Positions 1-8,634 of a stretch of DNA of 64,000 bases are shown here, one piece after another. The notes beneath the pieces are model-generated. The model did no database searches, was not told the DNA's origin, and saw nothing but the letters and a program-made list of their open reading frames with translations. The DNA comes from Nitrospirota bacterium (GTDB lineage: Bacteria > Nitrospirota > Thermodesulfovibrionia > Thermodesulfovibrionales > JdFR-85). Position numbers and translations under genes: made by a program. Where the stretch lies: the NCBI GenBank assembly GCA_013152485.1, contig JAADGG010000025.1, positions 50-64,049 of the forward strand, written 5' to 3'. Position 1 is the first letter of the stretch, and each line of letters begins with the position of its first letter.

Positions 1-101
1 AGGCCGGCGCGCAGGCCGGCTTTCCGGTTATGGTTGTGTGCGTATCAGCCGTTACGTTAACAATAGTGGATGGAATGGGCTTATGTCAAGCCGGCGCCCC
101 A

Positions 102-158
102 GATCATAAAACCTGTCCGTGAACAACACGGTCCGATAAAGAGTGTAAGTCATGGCAG
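102..158 (-). repeat. ~57-nt intergenic repeat unit (U unit), inverted copy
   Basis: Reverse complement reads cctgccatgacttacactctttatcggaccgtgttgttcacggacaggttttatgatc. It aligns by eye with units at 584-652(-), 4498-4586(+), 19326-19380(+) and 27379-27431(+). A degenerate further copy lies at about 187-236(-). Confidence 0.6.
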
Positions 159-312
159 GAGAGTATGGGCTTACAGTATTTATTTGCCGAAGACACTACT
201 GTCCGATAAACAGAGTAAGTCCCTACAGGAGAGGGGATATTGATTTTTCATCTCTTTCTCGTCCCGGGCATCCAGAAGCATTTCGGGACAGGCACCAGTG
301 CAAAATTGTCAG

Positions 313-545
313 CTCGGCAAATAAGTACTGTAACCCTTTCAAAACGCAGGATCAAGCCCGGCATGACAAGCTGCCGCCTGGATACAGGGATAAAGAGGCC
401 CGATTATGGACAGGGAGCGGTATGACAGACTCTGAACGGTTTTAAGTATCACAAGAGCTTCACCTGGATGGTGAAGCGTGATACTTACCTCGGAGAGGCT
501 GGACGCCTGGACGAGAATGAGAGAAGAGTCTGTCATATTGCTCCC
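313..545 (-). repeat. Structured repeat element, copy A (core 422-536 plus one flanking unit), inverted relative to copies B and C
   Basis: atgacagactct (422-433) and agagtctgtcat (525-536) form a perfect 12-bp inverted repeat. They enclose the hairpin aagtatcac..cttcacc/ggtgaag..gtgatactt. The flanks (ccataat.gggcctctttat...tatttgccgag in reverse complement) are homologous to copy B. Confidence 0.75.
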
Positions 546-583
546 AACAGGCATACTATTGCAGTATTCGGGGATTATTACTT

Positions 584-652
584 CGGCACAATACTAACCG
601 ATAAAGAGTGTAAGTCATGGCAGGACAGGGGATGGTTCCTGTGTTTTTACCG
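584..652 (-). repeat. U unit with 5' extension (aaaaacacaggaaccatcccctgtcctgccatgactt...)
   Basis: The reverse complement is nearly identical over ~45 nt to the + strand sequence at 4498-4545. Confidence 0.65.
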
Positions 653-859
653 TACACTGTTGTATCCAAGCAACAGCTCATTTCACGGACACCCTATCTT
701 GATCTGACGGGCCAGACCCGCCGTCCTTCCGCGTAGGCCCGCCTTGCGGCACTGGGAAAATCTGCATCCGGTCTTCCCGGGCCCGGCTGTTGACATGCGG
801 ACCGCTGCCTGGTATCCTGAAGGTACGGGCTGCGGTTCGAGGCAGCACGGGCAACTGCC

Positions 860-1174
860 ATGGTTAACAGGAGACAGAGGCCCAAGAAGGTAAGGAGCGG
901 CAAGTCCGCTGACGAGATAATCAGGGAACTGAAGGCCGGGCAGACGTCATCCGGCTCCTACAGGGAGCGTTCCCTGAAGATCCACGGACTCATCTGTGCC
1001 AAGTGCGCACGGGAGTTCGACTACAAGGACAGGCACCTGCTGACCGTGCACCACAGGGACGGAAATCCGAGGAACAATCCGCCGGACGGCTCAAACTGGG
1101 AGAACCTCTGCGTGTACTGCCACGAGGATGAACACTCGAGGGGACTGCTCGGGGATTACCTCAGCGGGGGGTGA
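860..1174 (+). CDS. yajD: HNH nuclease, YajD family
   Basis: 104-aa ORF. Has YRE..LKI...C.KC.REF....LTVHHRDGNP.NNPPDGSNWENLCVYCHEDEHS, which matches the small YajD-type HNH pattern of E. coli YajD. Confidence 0.8.
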   Translation: MVNRRQRPKKVRSGKSADEIIRELKAGQTSSGSYRERSLKIHGLICAKCAREFDYKDRHLLTVHHRDGNPRNNPPDGSNWENLCVYCHEDEHSRGLLGDYLSGG

Positions 1175-1231
1175 CAGTCTCTGCGGCCGGGCAGGCTTGT
1201 CGTGATTCCAGGGGCATGCCCCTGGACGGGT

Positions 1232-3196
1232 TCAGAAGAGCCCCATCTGATCATCCCTCTTCTCTCTCCTGATCCTGTCTGGCACGGTGACTCGCTTGAT
1301 CAGCCCTTCAGGGACCTCGTCGAGGAAGGGAGACGGCTGCCTGGGGAGACGCCTGCCGTAGAGGAACCTCCTTCTTGCGTGTATCAGGAAGAGCTCGTCC
1401 TTCGCCCTCGTCATGCCGACGTAGAAGAGCCTCCTCTCCTCCTCGATGTCTGCGTCGTCCTTGTTCAGCGTGTACGGGATGAGACCGTCTTCCACTCCTG
1501 CGATGAAGACGACCTTGAACTCGAGCCCCTTCGCCGTGTGCATGGTCATCAGCGTGACGGCGTGGACCCGGGGGTCATAGGCGTCTGCCGGGGAGAGGAT
1601 CTTCGAGTCGTTTATGAATCCGGCGAGAGCCTCCGAAGCGGGCAGGCCCCGGTATGCCGAGGCGAGGTTCTCCAGCGGCGTGAAGCTTCCGCCGTCCCCG
1701 TAAACCATTCTCAGGCCCGACTCCTCGAGCACCACGTCGAGAAGGGCATCGATGCTCAGTCTGTTCTTCAGCTCCAGGAACCGCTCCATCATGACGAGGA
1801 ACTTCCTGTCCCCGCCCGTCCAGCGGTGCGCACACGCCTTCATCGCCTCATAAAGGCTCAGCCCTTCATTTTCGGCACGGGCGGAGGCCTCTGAGATCGC
1901 CTCACTGCTCAGTCCCCGCTGCTCCATGGAGGCGACCCTCCGGAGGGCTTCCCCGTCCGCGGGATCGGCTATGGCGCTTAGGCAGGAGATCGCATCCGCC
2001 GCCGCACTCCTTTTCAGGCGCTGGGGCCTTCCCACCACCTGATACGGGATGCCCGAGGCGGCAAAGGCCTCCTCCATCGCCTTCACCTGCGCGTTCGTCC
2101 TGAAGATGACCGCAAAATCGGAAAAACCGCACGGCTCTCCCCCGTGGCCGTCCATCTCGCCTGTCCGAAAGAGCCGCTGGTGGCTCGTACCGCCGATCCG
2201 TTTCTCTATCTCTCCCACTATGACCTCCCCCTCCGCCCTCTCGTCCGGTACGGAGACGACCGTTACGGGCCTGCCCCTCTCCCGCGAGGGCCGCAGTTCG
2301 CCGGGAATCCTCCTCGTGTTGTTCCGTATCAGGGCTCCCGAGGCTTTGAGCACCGTTTCAGTCGAGCGGTAGTTCCTGGTGAGCACGACCGTCTCGGCTC
2401 CCTCGAAATCCCTTTCAAACCCGAGGAAGTGCTCAACGTCTGCCCCCCTGAAGGCATAGATCGCCTGGTCCGGGTCTCCGACGGCGCAGATGTTGCCGCT
2501 CCTTCCGGCAAGGAGTCTCAGGAGCCTGTACTGTGCAGGACTTATGTCCTGGTACTCGTCGACGATTATGTGGCTGAACATCTCCCGGTACCTCTTCAGC
2601 GTGTCCGTATTGCCGAGCAACTCTATCGGCCTGAGGATAAGGTCGTCGAAATCGAGTGCCGAGTCTTTCCTGAGTGCCGACTGATACTCCTCGTAGAGCC
2701 CGCGCATCTTCTCGTCCGGCTCGGCGAAGAGGTTCTTGGCCCTCGATATCTTCTCCGCAATCACGGTGACCGATGCCTTTGCGCAGGGGCGGGAGGCGGA
2801 CTTCTTCAGCAGGGCCCTTATGAGGCGGACCTGTTCCTGCCTGTCGTATACAGTGAATCCGCCGGAGAGCTCTCCTGCCAGGATCCGTATCCCGAGCGAA
2901 TGGAATGTCCCTATGAACATGCCGCGGGGACTGCCAAGGAGAGCCTCTGCCCTCTCCCTCATCTCCCTCGCGGCCCGGTTCGTGAACGTGACCGCGAGTA
3001 TCCCCTCAGGCCTGACGCCCCGGCTTATGAGATACGCTATCCTGTGGACGATGGTGAGGGTCTTTCCGGTGCCGGGTCCTGCAACGACCAGCACTGGCCC
3101 TTCCAGGGCCGTTGCAGCCCTCCTCTGTGATTCGTTCAGCGTCTGAAGCAGGTTCAATCTCAAGGCGGTCCTCTCGCTGGATGCGCTCACGGCCAC
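1232..3196 (-). CDS. UvrD/Rep/PcrA-family ATP-dependent DNA helicase
   Basis: 654-aa ORF with Walker A AGPGTGKT, DEYQD (motif II), TFTNRAA, and C-terminal VGMTRAKDEL. Confidence 0.9.
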   Translation of the reverse strand: MAVSASSERTALRLNLLQTLNESQRRAATALEGPVLVVAGPGTGKTLTIVHRIAYLISRGVRPEGILAVTFTNRAAREMRERAEALLGSPRGMFIGTFHSLGIRILAGELSGGFTVYDRQEQVRLIRALLKKSASRPCAKASVTVIAEKISRAKNLFAEPDEKMRGLYEEYQSALRKDSALDFDDLILRPIELLGNTDTLKRYREMFSHIIVDEYQDISPAQYRLLRLLAGRSGNICAVGDPDQAIYAFRGADVEHFLGFERDFEGAETVVLTRNYRSTETVLKASGALIRNNTRRIPGELRPSRERGRPVTVVSVPDERAEGEVIVGEIEKRIGGTSHQRLFRTGEMDGHGGEPCGFSDFAVIFRTNAQVKAMEEAFAASGIPYQVVGRPQRLKRSAAADAISCLSAIADPADGEALRRVASMEQRGLSSEAISEASARAENEGLSLYEAMKACAHRWTGGDRKFLVMMERFLELKNRLSIDALLDVVLEESGLRMVYGDGGSFTPLENLASAYRGLPASEALAGFINDSKILSPADAYDPRVHAVTLMTMHTAKGLEFKVVFIAGVEDGLIPYTLNKDDADIEEERRLFYVGMTRAKDELFLIHARRRFLYGRRLPRQPSPFLDEVPEGLIKRVTVPDRIRREKRDDQMGLF

Positions 3197-3201
3197 GGTC
3201 G

Positions 3202-4479
3202 TCAGAAGAGCATCTTCTGTCCCTTGATCTCCTCCCTTTCGACCTTCTCGAAGATCCTTATCCTGCCGTACTCGCCGTCGAAGCCCGGGGCGATATGGAT
3301 CCGGCCCGTACGCACCCTGGAGACGGCCTCCATCAACAGGGGCGAGCCCGCCCTGCCGATATCCTCAAGGGGTGTCTCCATGAGGATTTCGAATTCATTG
3401 CCGAGGCTGCTGAGGACCTTCAGGTATTCGTTGTTCACCTTCTTGCTGTTGACCCCGACCTTGAGGGTCTCCGAGATTATCTCGGGCAGGGGGATCAGGG
3501 AGTGGAAGCCCGGCAGGCCGGGCGGACTGAACCCCTCCTGCCTGTCCGCAAGCTCTTCGACCCTGTGCATGACACCGACCGTGACCCGTCTGCCGCAGAC
3601 CGGGCAGAGGTAGTCGTGCTCTATGGTCTCCCTCGGCGAGAGGCTCACACCGCAGAGCCTGTGACCGTCATAGTGGTACTTGCCCTCTTCAGGGAAGAAC
3701 TCTATGGTGCCGAGAAGACCCTTCTTTGTCCTGACGGCCTCCATGATGGCTCCATATGAGAGGTCGGTGTCGAATATGTTCGCCTCGCGGCCGATCTTTG
3801 CGGGCGAGTGGGCATCGGAGTTCGATATGAGGGTTATGCCGTCAAGCCGTGAGAGCCTCCGGTTCATCTGCGGGTCCGAGGAGAGCCCGGTCTCTATGGC
3901 GTGGATGTGCGGGGTCAACTCCTCGAAGCACTCCTCGAGAGAATCGAAGCCCGACATCGCCCCGAAGACCGAGAAATGCGGGGTCCATGCATGGGCCGGC
4001 ACGAGCATGGCATCGGTGGACACATCCAAGACCATCTTCAGGAGCTCCTTTGCATCGAGCCCGAGTATCGGCCTGCCGTCTGCCCTGAGGTTACCTATAC
4101 CCGACAGGACCGCATTCAGCCTTGCGGCATCGGCAAAGTCGGGCACGAACACGATGGAGTGTATCTTCCTGGTCCTGCCGCCCTTGCTGTATATGCAGCT
4201 GATCTCAGCGGAGAGGAGGAAGAAGGGCTCGGCCCGGCAGGAATCCGGGACCTCTGCAGTCCTGTAGTCGTCCTTCAGGGTGAAGAGGCCGTTGCCGGCA
4301 GGTTCGAGCTTCTCCCGGAGCTCGTTGAGCCACCCCGGATGCGTGAAGTCCCCGGTGCCTACGACGTTGACGCCCTTGAGCTGCGCCCACTTCCATATGC
4401 TCTCAGGGGACATCTCCCTGCTGGTAGCCCTCGAGTACTTCGAATGAATGTGGAGGTCCGCTACGAAACGCATGTGCAA
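3202..4479 (-). CDS. PHP-domain protein, endonuclease Q-like (TIGR00375-type)
   Basis: 425-aa ORF. N-terminal DLHIHSKYS...GTGDFTHP PHP motif, later HYDGHRLC and a CPVCGRRVTVGVMHRVEEL zinc-finger-like segment. It lies 5 nt upstream of the helicase gene. Confidence 0.65.
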   Translation of the reverse strand: MHMRFVADLHIHSKYSRATSREMSPESIWKWAQLKGVNVVGTGDFTHPGWLNELREKLEPAGNGLFTLKDDYRTAEVPDSCRAEPFFLLSAEISCIYSKGGRTRKIHSIVFVPDFADAARLNAVLSGIGNLRADGRPILGLDAKELLKMVLDVSTDAMLVPAHAWTPHFSVFGAMSGFDSLEECFEELTPHIHAIETGLSSDPQMNRRLSRLDGITLISNSDAHSPAKIGREANIFDTDLSYGAIMEAVRTKKGLLGTIEFFPEEGKYHYDGHRLCGVSLSPRETIEHDYLCPVCGRRVTVGVMHRVEELADRQEGFSPPGLPGFHSLIPLPEIISETLKVGVNSKKVNNEYLKVLSSLGNEFEILMETPLEDIGRAGSPLLMEAVSRVRTGRIHIAPGFDGEYGRIRIFEKVEREEIKGQKMLF

Positions 4480-4497
4480 TTATACCATGAATAGTGT

Positions 4498-4586
4498 CCG
4501 TTAAAAACACGGGAACCATCCCCTCTCCTGCCATGACTTGCCCTGTTTGCCTGACGGTATCGACCACAAACAAAGGTTTGAAAATC
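4498..4586 (+). repeat. U unit with 5' extension, direct orientation
   Basis: ccgttaaaaacacgggaaccatcccctctcctgccatgacttgccctgtttgcctgacggtatcgacc... aligns with the reverse complements of 584-652 and 102-158. Confidence 0.65.
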
Positions 4587-4650
4587 TTAAATATCGGAAA
4601 GGATTCAGAATTTTTTAAAGAAAAGCCTGTGATTCCATGAGAAAATGGAA

Positions 4651-4679
4651 TTGATTTCCGGCAAGTTTTGTTATATGAT
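4651..4679 (+). promoter_or_regulatory. Candidate sigma70-type promoter for the GT4/GDE gene pair
   Basis: TTGATT (4651-4656), 17-nt spacer, TATGAT (4674-4679). It is followed by an 8-bp hairpin ttagcact/agtgctaa at about 4688-4714. Confidence 0.35.
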
Positions 4680-4766
4680 GGGTTATTAGCACTCTCTGCG
4701 TTAAAGTGCTAACAACATCCTGATCAGTGATCATTACCTATTTCGGGACATGCGGAGGTGATAGTA

Positions 4767-5821
4767 ATGAGAATTGCTCAGGTTTCCCCGCTTTACGAGA
4801 GTGTTCCACCCCGTCTTTATGGAGGGACAGAGAGGATCGTTTCTTACCTTACCTTACCGAGGAGCTGGTCAAGGCGGGTCACGAGGTGGTGCTCTTCGCC
4901 TCCGGTGACTCAGAGACCTCGGCCGAGCTCGTGCCGATATGCGAGACCGCCCTGAGGCTCGAGAAGAGGTGTGTGGACCCTGTCTCGCTCCACTTTCTAC
5001 AGATGGAGGAAGTCCTGAAGCGCCAGGACGAGTTTGATATCATACACACGCATGTCGACTGTTTCGGTTTCGCCCTAGCAAGGAGGACGGCCGTGCCTGT
5101 GGTCAGCACCCTTCACGGCAGGCTCGACCTCTGGGGCTATCCATCCGTCTTCAGGGAGTACCGGGAGATCCCCCTCGTCTCGATCTCGAACGCCCAGAGG
5201 AGTCCGCTGCCCTTTGCGAACTGGGCTGCGACCGTCTACCACGGACTGCCCGGCGAGTTGTACAACCTGAACGAGGACGGCGGTGACTATCTCGTCTTCG
5301 TCGGAAGGGTATCACCCGAAAAGCGGGTTGATTCCGCGATCGAGATAGCCGTAAAGGCCGGCATCCCGCTCAAGATAGCGGCAAAGGTGGACAAGGCCGA
5401 CGCCGAATACTTCGAGGCGATGATCCGTCCCCTGCTGAAGCATCCGCTCGTGGAGTTCCTCGGAGAGATCAACGACGAGGAGAAGAACGAGCTTCTCGGC
5501 TCGGCACTCGCCTTCCTGCACCCTGTCGACTGGCCGGAACCCTTCGGTCTTGCGATGATCGAGGCGATGGCCTGCGGCACCCCCGTGATAGCGAGGCGCA
5601 GGGGGTCCATTCCCGAGGTGGTCGATCACGGAATAACCGGGTTCATCTTTGAGGAGGACAAGGAGGCTGTCTTCAGTATCAAGAACCTCCTCGGCAACTT
5701 TTCGAGGAGGGCCTGCAGGGAGCATTTCGAGAAGAGGTTCCTGGCAAGCAGGATGGCCGACGATTACCTGGGTGTCTACGTCAGGCTGCTGAGCGGGAAG
5801 TATGAACAGAAAGTCGCCTGA
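4767..5821 (+). pseudogene. GT4-family glycosyltransferase interrupted by a +5 frameshift (extra CTTAC unit)
   Basis: The N-terminus MRIAQVSPLYESVPPRLYGGTERIVSYLT is in the frame of ORF 4758-4955, with RBS ggagg 7 nt before ATG 4767. The rest (EELVKAGHEVVLFASGDSE...) is in the frame of ORF 4727-5821. The junction is cttaccttaccttacc (4843-4858). Deleting one cttac restores IVSYLTEELVKAGHEV. Confidence 0.85.
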
Positions 5822-7979
5822 AGTCAGCAGGATAAGGGACAAGTACTACATCTCGGCCACCTCCTCGATGATCGACCCCCACAGGCTCATCCTGAAGGAA
5901 GAGGACCTGTTCGGGGTATTCGACCGTTTCGGCGACATCCTCCCGATGGGGAAGAACGAGCAGGGCCTCTACTTCAAGGGGATGAGGTTCCTCTCGTACT
6001 ACGAGCTCAGGATAGGGGGGCTGAGGCCCCTGTTTCTGTCCTCCTCGGTCGACGAGGAGGACATCCTCCTCACCGTCGACCTTACCAACCCCGACCTGTA
6101 CTCGAGGGGCAGGCTCCTGATAAAGAAGGACACGGTTCACATCATGCGTTCGAAGGTCCTGTTCGAGCAGAGGTGTCTCGACTACATCAGGATCAGGAAC
6201 TTCGGCCTCCATGCGATAGACCTGAGCCTCGACTTCTCCATGGACGCGGACTTCAAGGACATCTTCGAGGTACGCGGGCTGAAGAGGAAGAAGAGGGGGA
6301 CCATCCACCCCCCTGAATACAGGGAGCGGGGCATGGTACTGACCTACGAAGGCCTCGACGGTGTCAGGCGGACGACGTCCATCGGCTTTTCGAGATCACC
6401 CGACGGGGTTCACGACAAGACCTTCTCCTTCAAGATCAGGCTGGACCCGGGGGGCATGGAGGAGATGCTGCTCGGCATCGGCTGCGCAGTGGCCGGCACG
6501 GCTCGGGAAGAGCCGGAGTTCGACGTGACGGTAAGGAAGTCGAGAAAGAAGCTCCAGAGAAAGACGCGGCACTGCACGGAGATATACACCTCGAACGAGC
6601 AGTTCAACGAATCCCTCAAGAGGGCGATCTCGGACATCAACATGATGCTCACGAAGACGGAGCACGGTCTTTACCCCTACGGAGGCATCCCCTGGTTCTG
6701 CACCCCGTTCGGCAGGGACGGGATCATCACAGCGCTCGAGTCCCTGTGGGTGAATCCGGAACTGGCAAAGGGGGTCCTGCTCTACCTCGCCGCCAGGCAG
6801 GCTCAGGACTTCGACAGGACAAAGGCGGCCGAGCCCGGCAAGATACTCCACGAGGCACGGGAAAACGAGATGGCCGCCCTGGGGGAGATCCCGTTCGGCC
6901 TCTATTACGGAAGCGTCGACTCCACCCCCCTGTTTCTCATCCTCGCGGGGGCCTACTGGAGGAGGACCGGGGATACGGCCCTGATATCAAAGATATGGGA
7001 CAACATAGAGAAGGCCCTGTTGTGGATGGAGAGGCACGGTGATGTGGATGGTGACGGCTTCCTCGAATACGTGCCGCATGAAAACGGGCTTCGCAACCAG
7101 GGGTGGAAGGACTCGCATGACTCCATCTTTCATGAAGACGGGTCTCTCGCAGAGGGGCCGATAGCGCTGTGCGAGGTGCAGGGCTACCAGTATGCCGCAA
7201 AGCAAGAGGTGGCGATGCTTTCCGCCCTCATGGGGAAGGAGGCCCTTGCGCGGAGGCTGCTGCAGGAGGCTCGGGAGTTGAAGGAGAGGTTCAACAGTCT
7301 CTTCTGGGACGAGGAGCTGGGCACTTACGTGCTCGCCCTCGACGGCGCGAAGAGGCCCTGCAGGGTGGTCTCCTCCAATGCCGGACAGGTGCTCTTCACG
7401 GGGATCGCCGATCCAGGCAAGGCCGTGAAGGTCGCCGAGACCCTGACGTCTGATACGGTCTTCTCAGGCTGGGGAATAAGGACCGTAGGAACCGGTGAGG
7501 CGCTCTACAATCCGATGTCCTACCACAACGGCTCCGTGTGGCCTCACGACAACGCCCTGATAGCCTACGGGTTCTCCGTATACGGCCTGAAGGAGCCTTT
7601 CATAAAGGTCTTCTCGGGAATATTCGATGCCTCGCTCTTCATGGAGTTTCAGCGCCTTCCCGAGCTCTTCTGCGGTTTCAAGAGGAGGCGCGGTGCGCCC
7701 CCGACGCTCTATCCGGTTGCGTGCGTTCCGCAGACGTGGGCCGCCGGCTCACTCCTTCTGATGCTTCAGGCATCGCTCAGGCTCGGGTTCGAGGCCGACC
7801 GGGGACGGATCGTCTTCAGGCAGCCTGTACTGCCGGAGTTTCTCCAGCAGGTCTTCCTCAAGAACCTGACCGTGACGGGGAAGAAGAGCGTCGACCTTCT
7901 GATCAGGCGTTACGGCGAGGATGTGACCATCGAGGTTCAGCGTAAGCCCGAGGACGTGAGCGTGCTTATAATCAAGTAG
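5802..7979 (+). CDS. Amylo-alpha-1,6-glucosidase / glycogen-debranching-enzyme-like protein
   Basis: 725-aa ORF. Has the GDE N-terminal domain pattern plus the (alpha/alpha)6 C-domain motifs GIPWFCTPFGRDG, GKILHE and YHNGSVWPHDN. Overlaps the GT gene by 20 nt. Confidence 0.8.
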   Translation: MNRKSPEVSRIRDKYYISATSSMIDPHRLILKEEDLFGVFDRFGDILPMGKNEQGLYFKGMRFLSYYELRIGGLRPLFLSSSVDEEDILLTVDLTNPDLYSRGRLLIKKDTVHIMRSKVLFEQRCLDYIRIRNFGLHAIDLSLDFSMDADFKDIFEVRGLKRKKRGTIHPPEYRERGMVLTYEGLDGVRRTTSIGFSRSPDGVHDKTFSFKIRLDPGGMEEMLLGIGCAVAGTAREEPEFDVTVRKSRKKLQRKTRHCTEIYTSNEQFNESLKRAISDINMMLTKTEHGLYPYGGIPWFCTPFGRDGIITALESLWVNPELAKGVLLYLAARQAQDFDRTKAAEPGKILHEARENEMAALGEIPFGLYYGSVDSTPLFLILAGAYWRRTGDTALISKIWDNIEKALLWMERHGDVDGDGFLEYVPHENGLRNQGWKDSHDSIFHEDGSLAEGPIALCEVQGYQYAAKQEVAMLSALMGKEALARRLLQEARELKERFNSLFWDEELGTYVLALDGAKRPCRVVSSNAGQVLFTGIADPGKAVKVAETLTSDTVFSGWGIRTVGTGEALYNPMSYHNGSVWPHDNALIAYGFSVYGLKEPFIKVFSGIFDASLFMEFQRLPELFCGFKRRRGAPPTLYPVACVPQTWAAGSLLLMLQASLRLGFEADRGRIVFRQPVLPEFLQQVFLKNLTVTGKKSVDLLIRRYGEDVTIEVQRKPEDVSVLIIK

Positions 7980-8078
7980 AGAGGTCCGGGGTGATTTCGA
8001 AAACCGGAAGGATTACGGCGGTCGAGCCCCCGGGTGGGGCCTCCTGCAGGCTCGGTGCCGGCAGGAGGGGAACCGGTC

Positions 8079-8240
8079 TCAGCGGCCGGTCTTTTCCTTC
8101 TTGACATACTTTTCGGGATTCTTTTCGAACTCCGCCTGGCAGAGGGGGCAGCACAGATAGTAGTTCTTCCCCTCGTGCTCGATCGTGATGTGCGCCTTGT
8201 TGGGATTCATCTTCCTTCCACAGACCGGGTCTTTATGCAT
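8079..8240 (-). CDS. YHS-domain small protein (53 aa, below the ORF-track cutoff)
   Basis: Hand translation: MHKDPVCGRKMNPNKAHITIEHEGKNYYLCCPLCQAEFEKNPEKYVKKEKTGR. This is a YHS/TRASH-like DPVCGM...Y.FCS..C pattern. The gene lies directly downstream of the cupredoxin and copA genes. Confidence 0.7.
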   Translation of the reverse strand: MHKDPVCGRKMNPNKAHITIEHEGKNYYLCCPLCQAEFEKNPEKYVKKEKTGR

Positions 8241-8259
8241 GATTCATACCTCCTTCCTG

Positions 8260-8631
8260 TTATTCCTCTACAATGAGTTTTCCCCTGATCATTCCCATCT
8301 GACAGGAGAAGTCGTACTCGCCGGGCTTTTCCGGCAGGAGTTCCACCACCACCTCTTCATACGGCGGAAGCTTTGCAGACTTGTTGAACGCGCCGAAGAC
8401 GACCATCTCCGTGCATGAGGCCTCTTCCTCGCGCGTGAAGATGAGCCTGAGGGGTTGTCCCGCCTTTGCGACTATTACGTCGGGGTCATAGCCCCCCTTC
8501 ACTTTTATGAAGACTTCCTGGATGCCTGACGATACGGCCGCCCTGACCTGCTTCTTCCTGGAGAAGAGGAAGAACCAGATGATCCAGGCTATGGTGAGAA
8601 TGCCCGCTGCTGTCACTATAACCTTGTCCAT
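8260..8631 (-). CDS. Membrane-anchored cupredoxin-like protein
   Basis: 123-aa ORF with an N-terminal TM helix, then a beta-rich domain ending in FSCQMGMIRGKLIVEE (Cys/Met ligand-like). It starts 4 nt after the copA stop. Confidence 0.6.
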   Translation of the reverse strand: MDKVIVTAAGILTIAWIIWFFLFSRKKQVRAAVSSGIQEVFIKVKGGYDPDVIVAKAGQPLRLIFTREEEASCTEMVVFGAFNKSAKLPPYEEVVVELLPEKPGEYDFSCQMGMIRGKLIVEE

Positions 8632-8634
8632 GTC

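Noticed and set aside
422-536. Retron msr/msd-like ncRNA (flanking a1/a2 inverted repeats)
   Set aside because: No reverse transcriptase gene adjoins any of the three copies, and retron ncRNAs are normally single-copy. The multi-copy dispersed distribution argues against it.
468-707. Conserved-looking peptide MVKRDT.LG...NERRVCHIA.N.H encoded in all three repeat copies (468-707 +, 21596-21790 -, 40459-40683 -)
   Set aside because: The similarity follows nucleotide-level repeat conservation. The ATG lies in the apical loop of the conserved hairpin and has no SD. The variable region changes by units that are not codon-based (a 17-nt repeat). The downstream parts of the three ORFs are unrelated. 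I treat it as a non-coding repeat, though a tiny-peptide hypothesis cannot be excluded without Ribo-seq.
1232-4479. UvrD-like helicase plus nuclease as a Gabija/Hachiman-type antiphage defence pair
   Set aside because: The partner is a PHP/EndoQ-like protein, not an OLD-family ATPase/TOPRIM or HamA-type nuclease. The neighbours are housekeeping genes, and there are no mobile-element or defence-island hallmarks.
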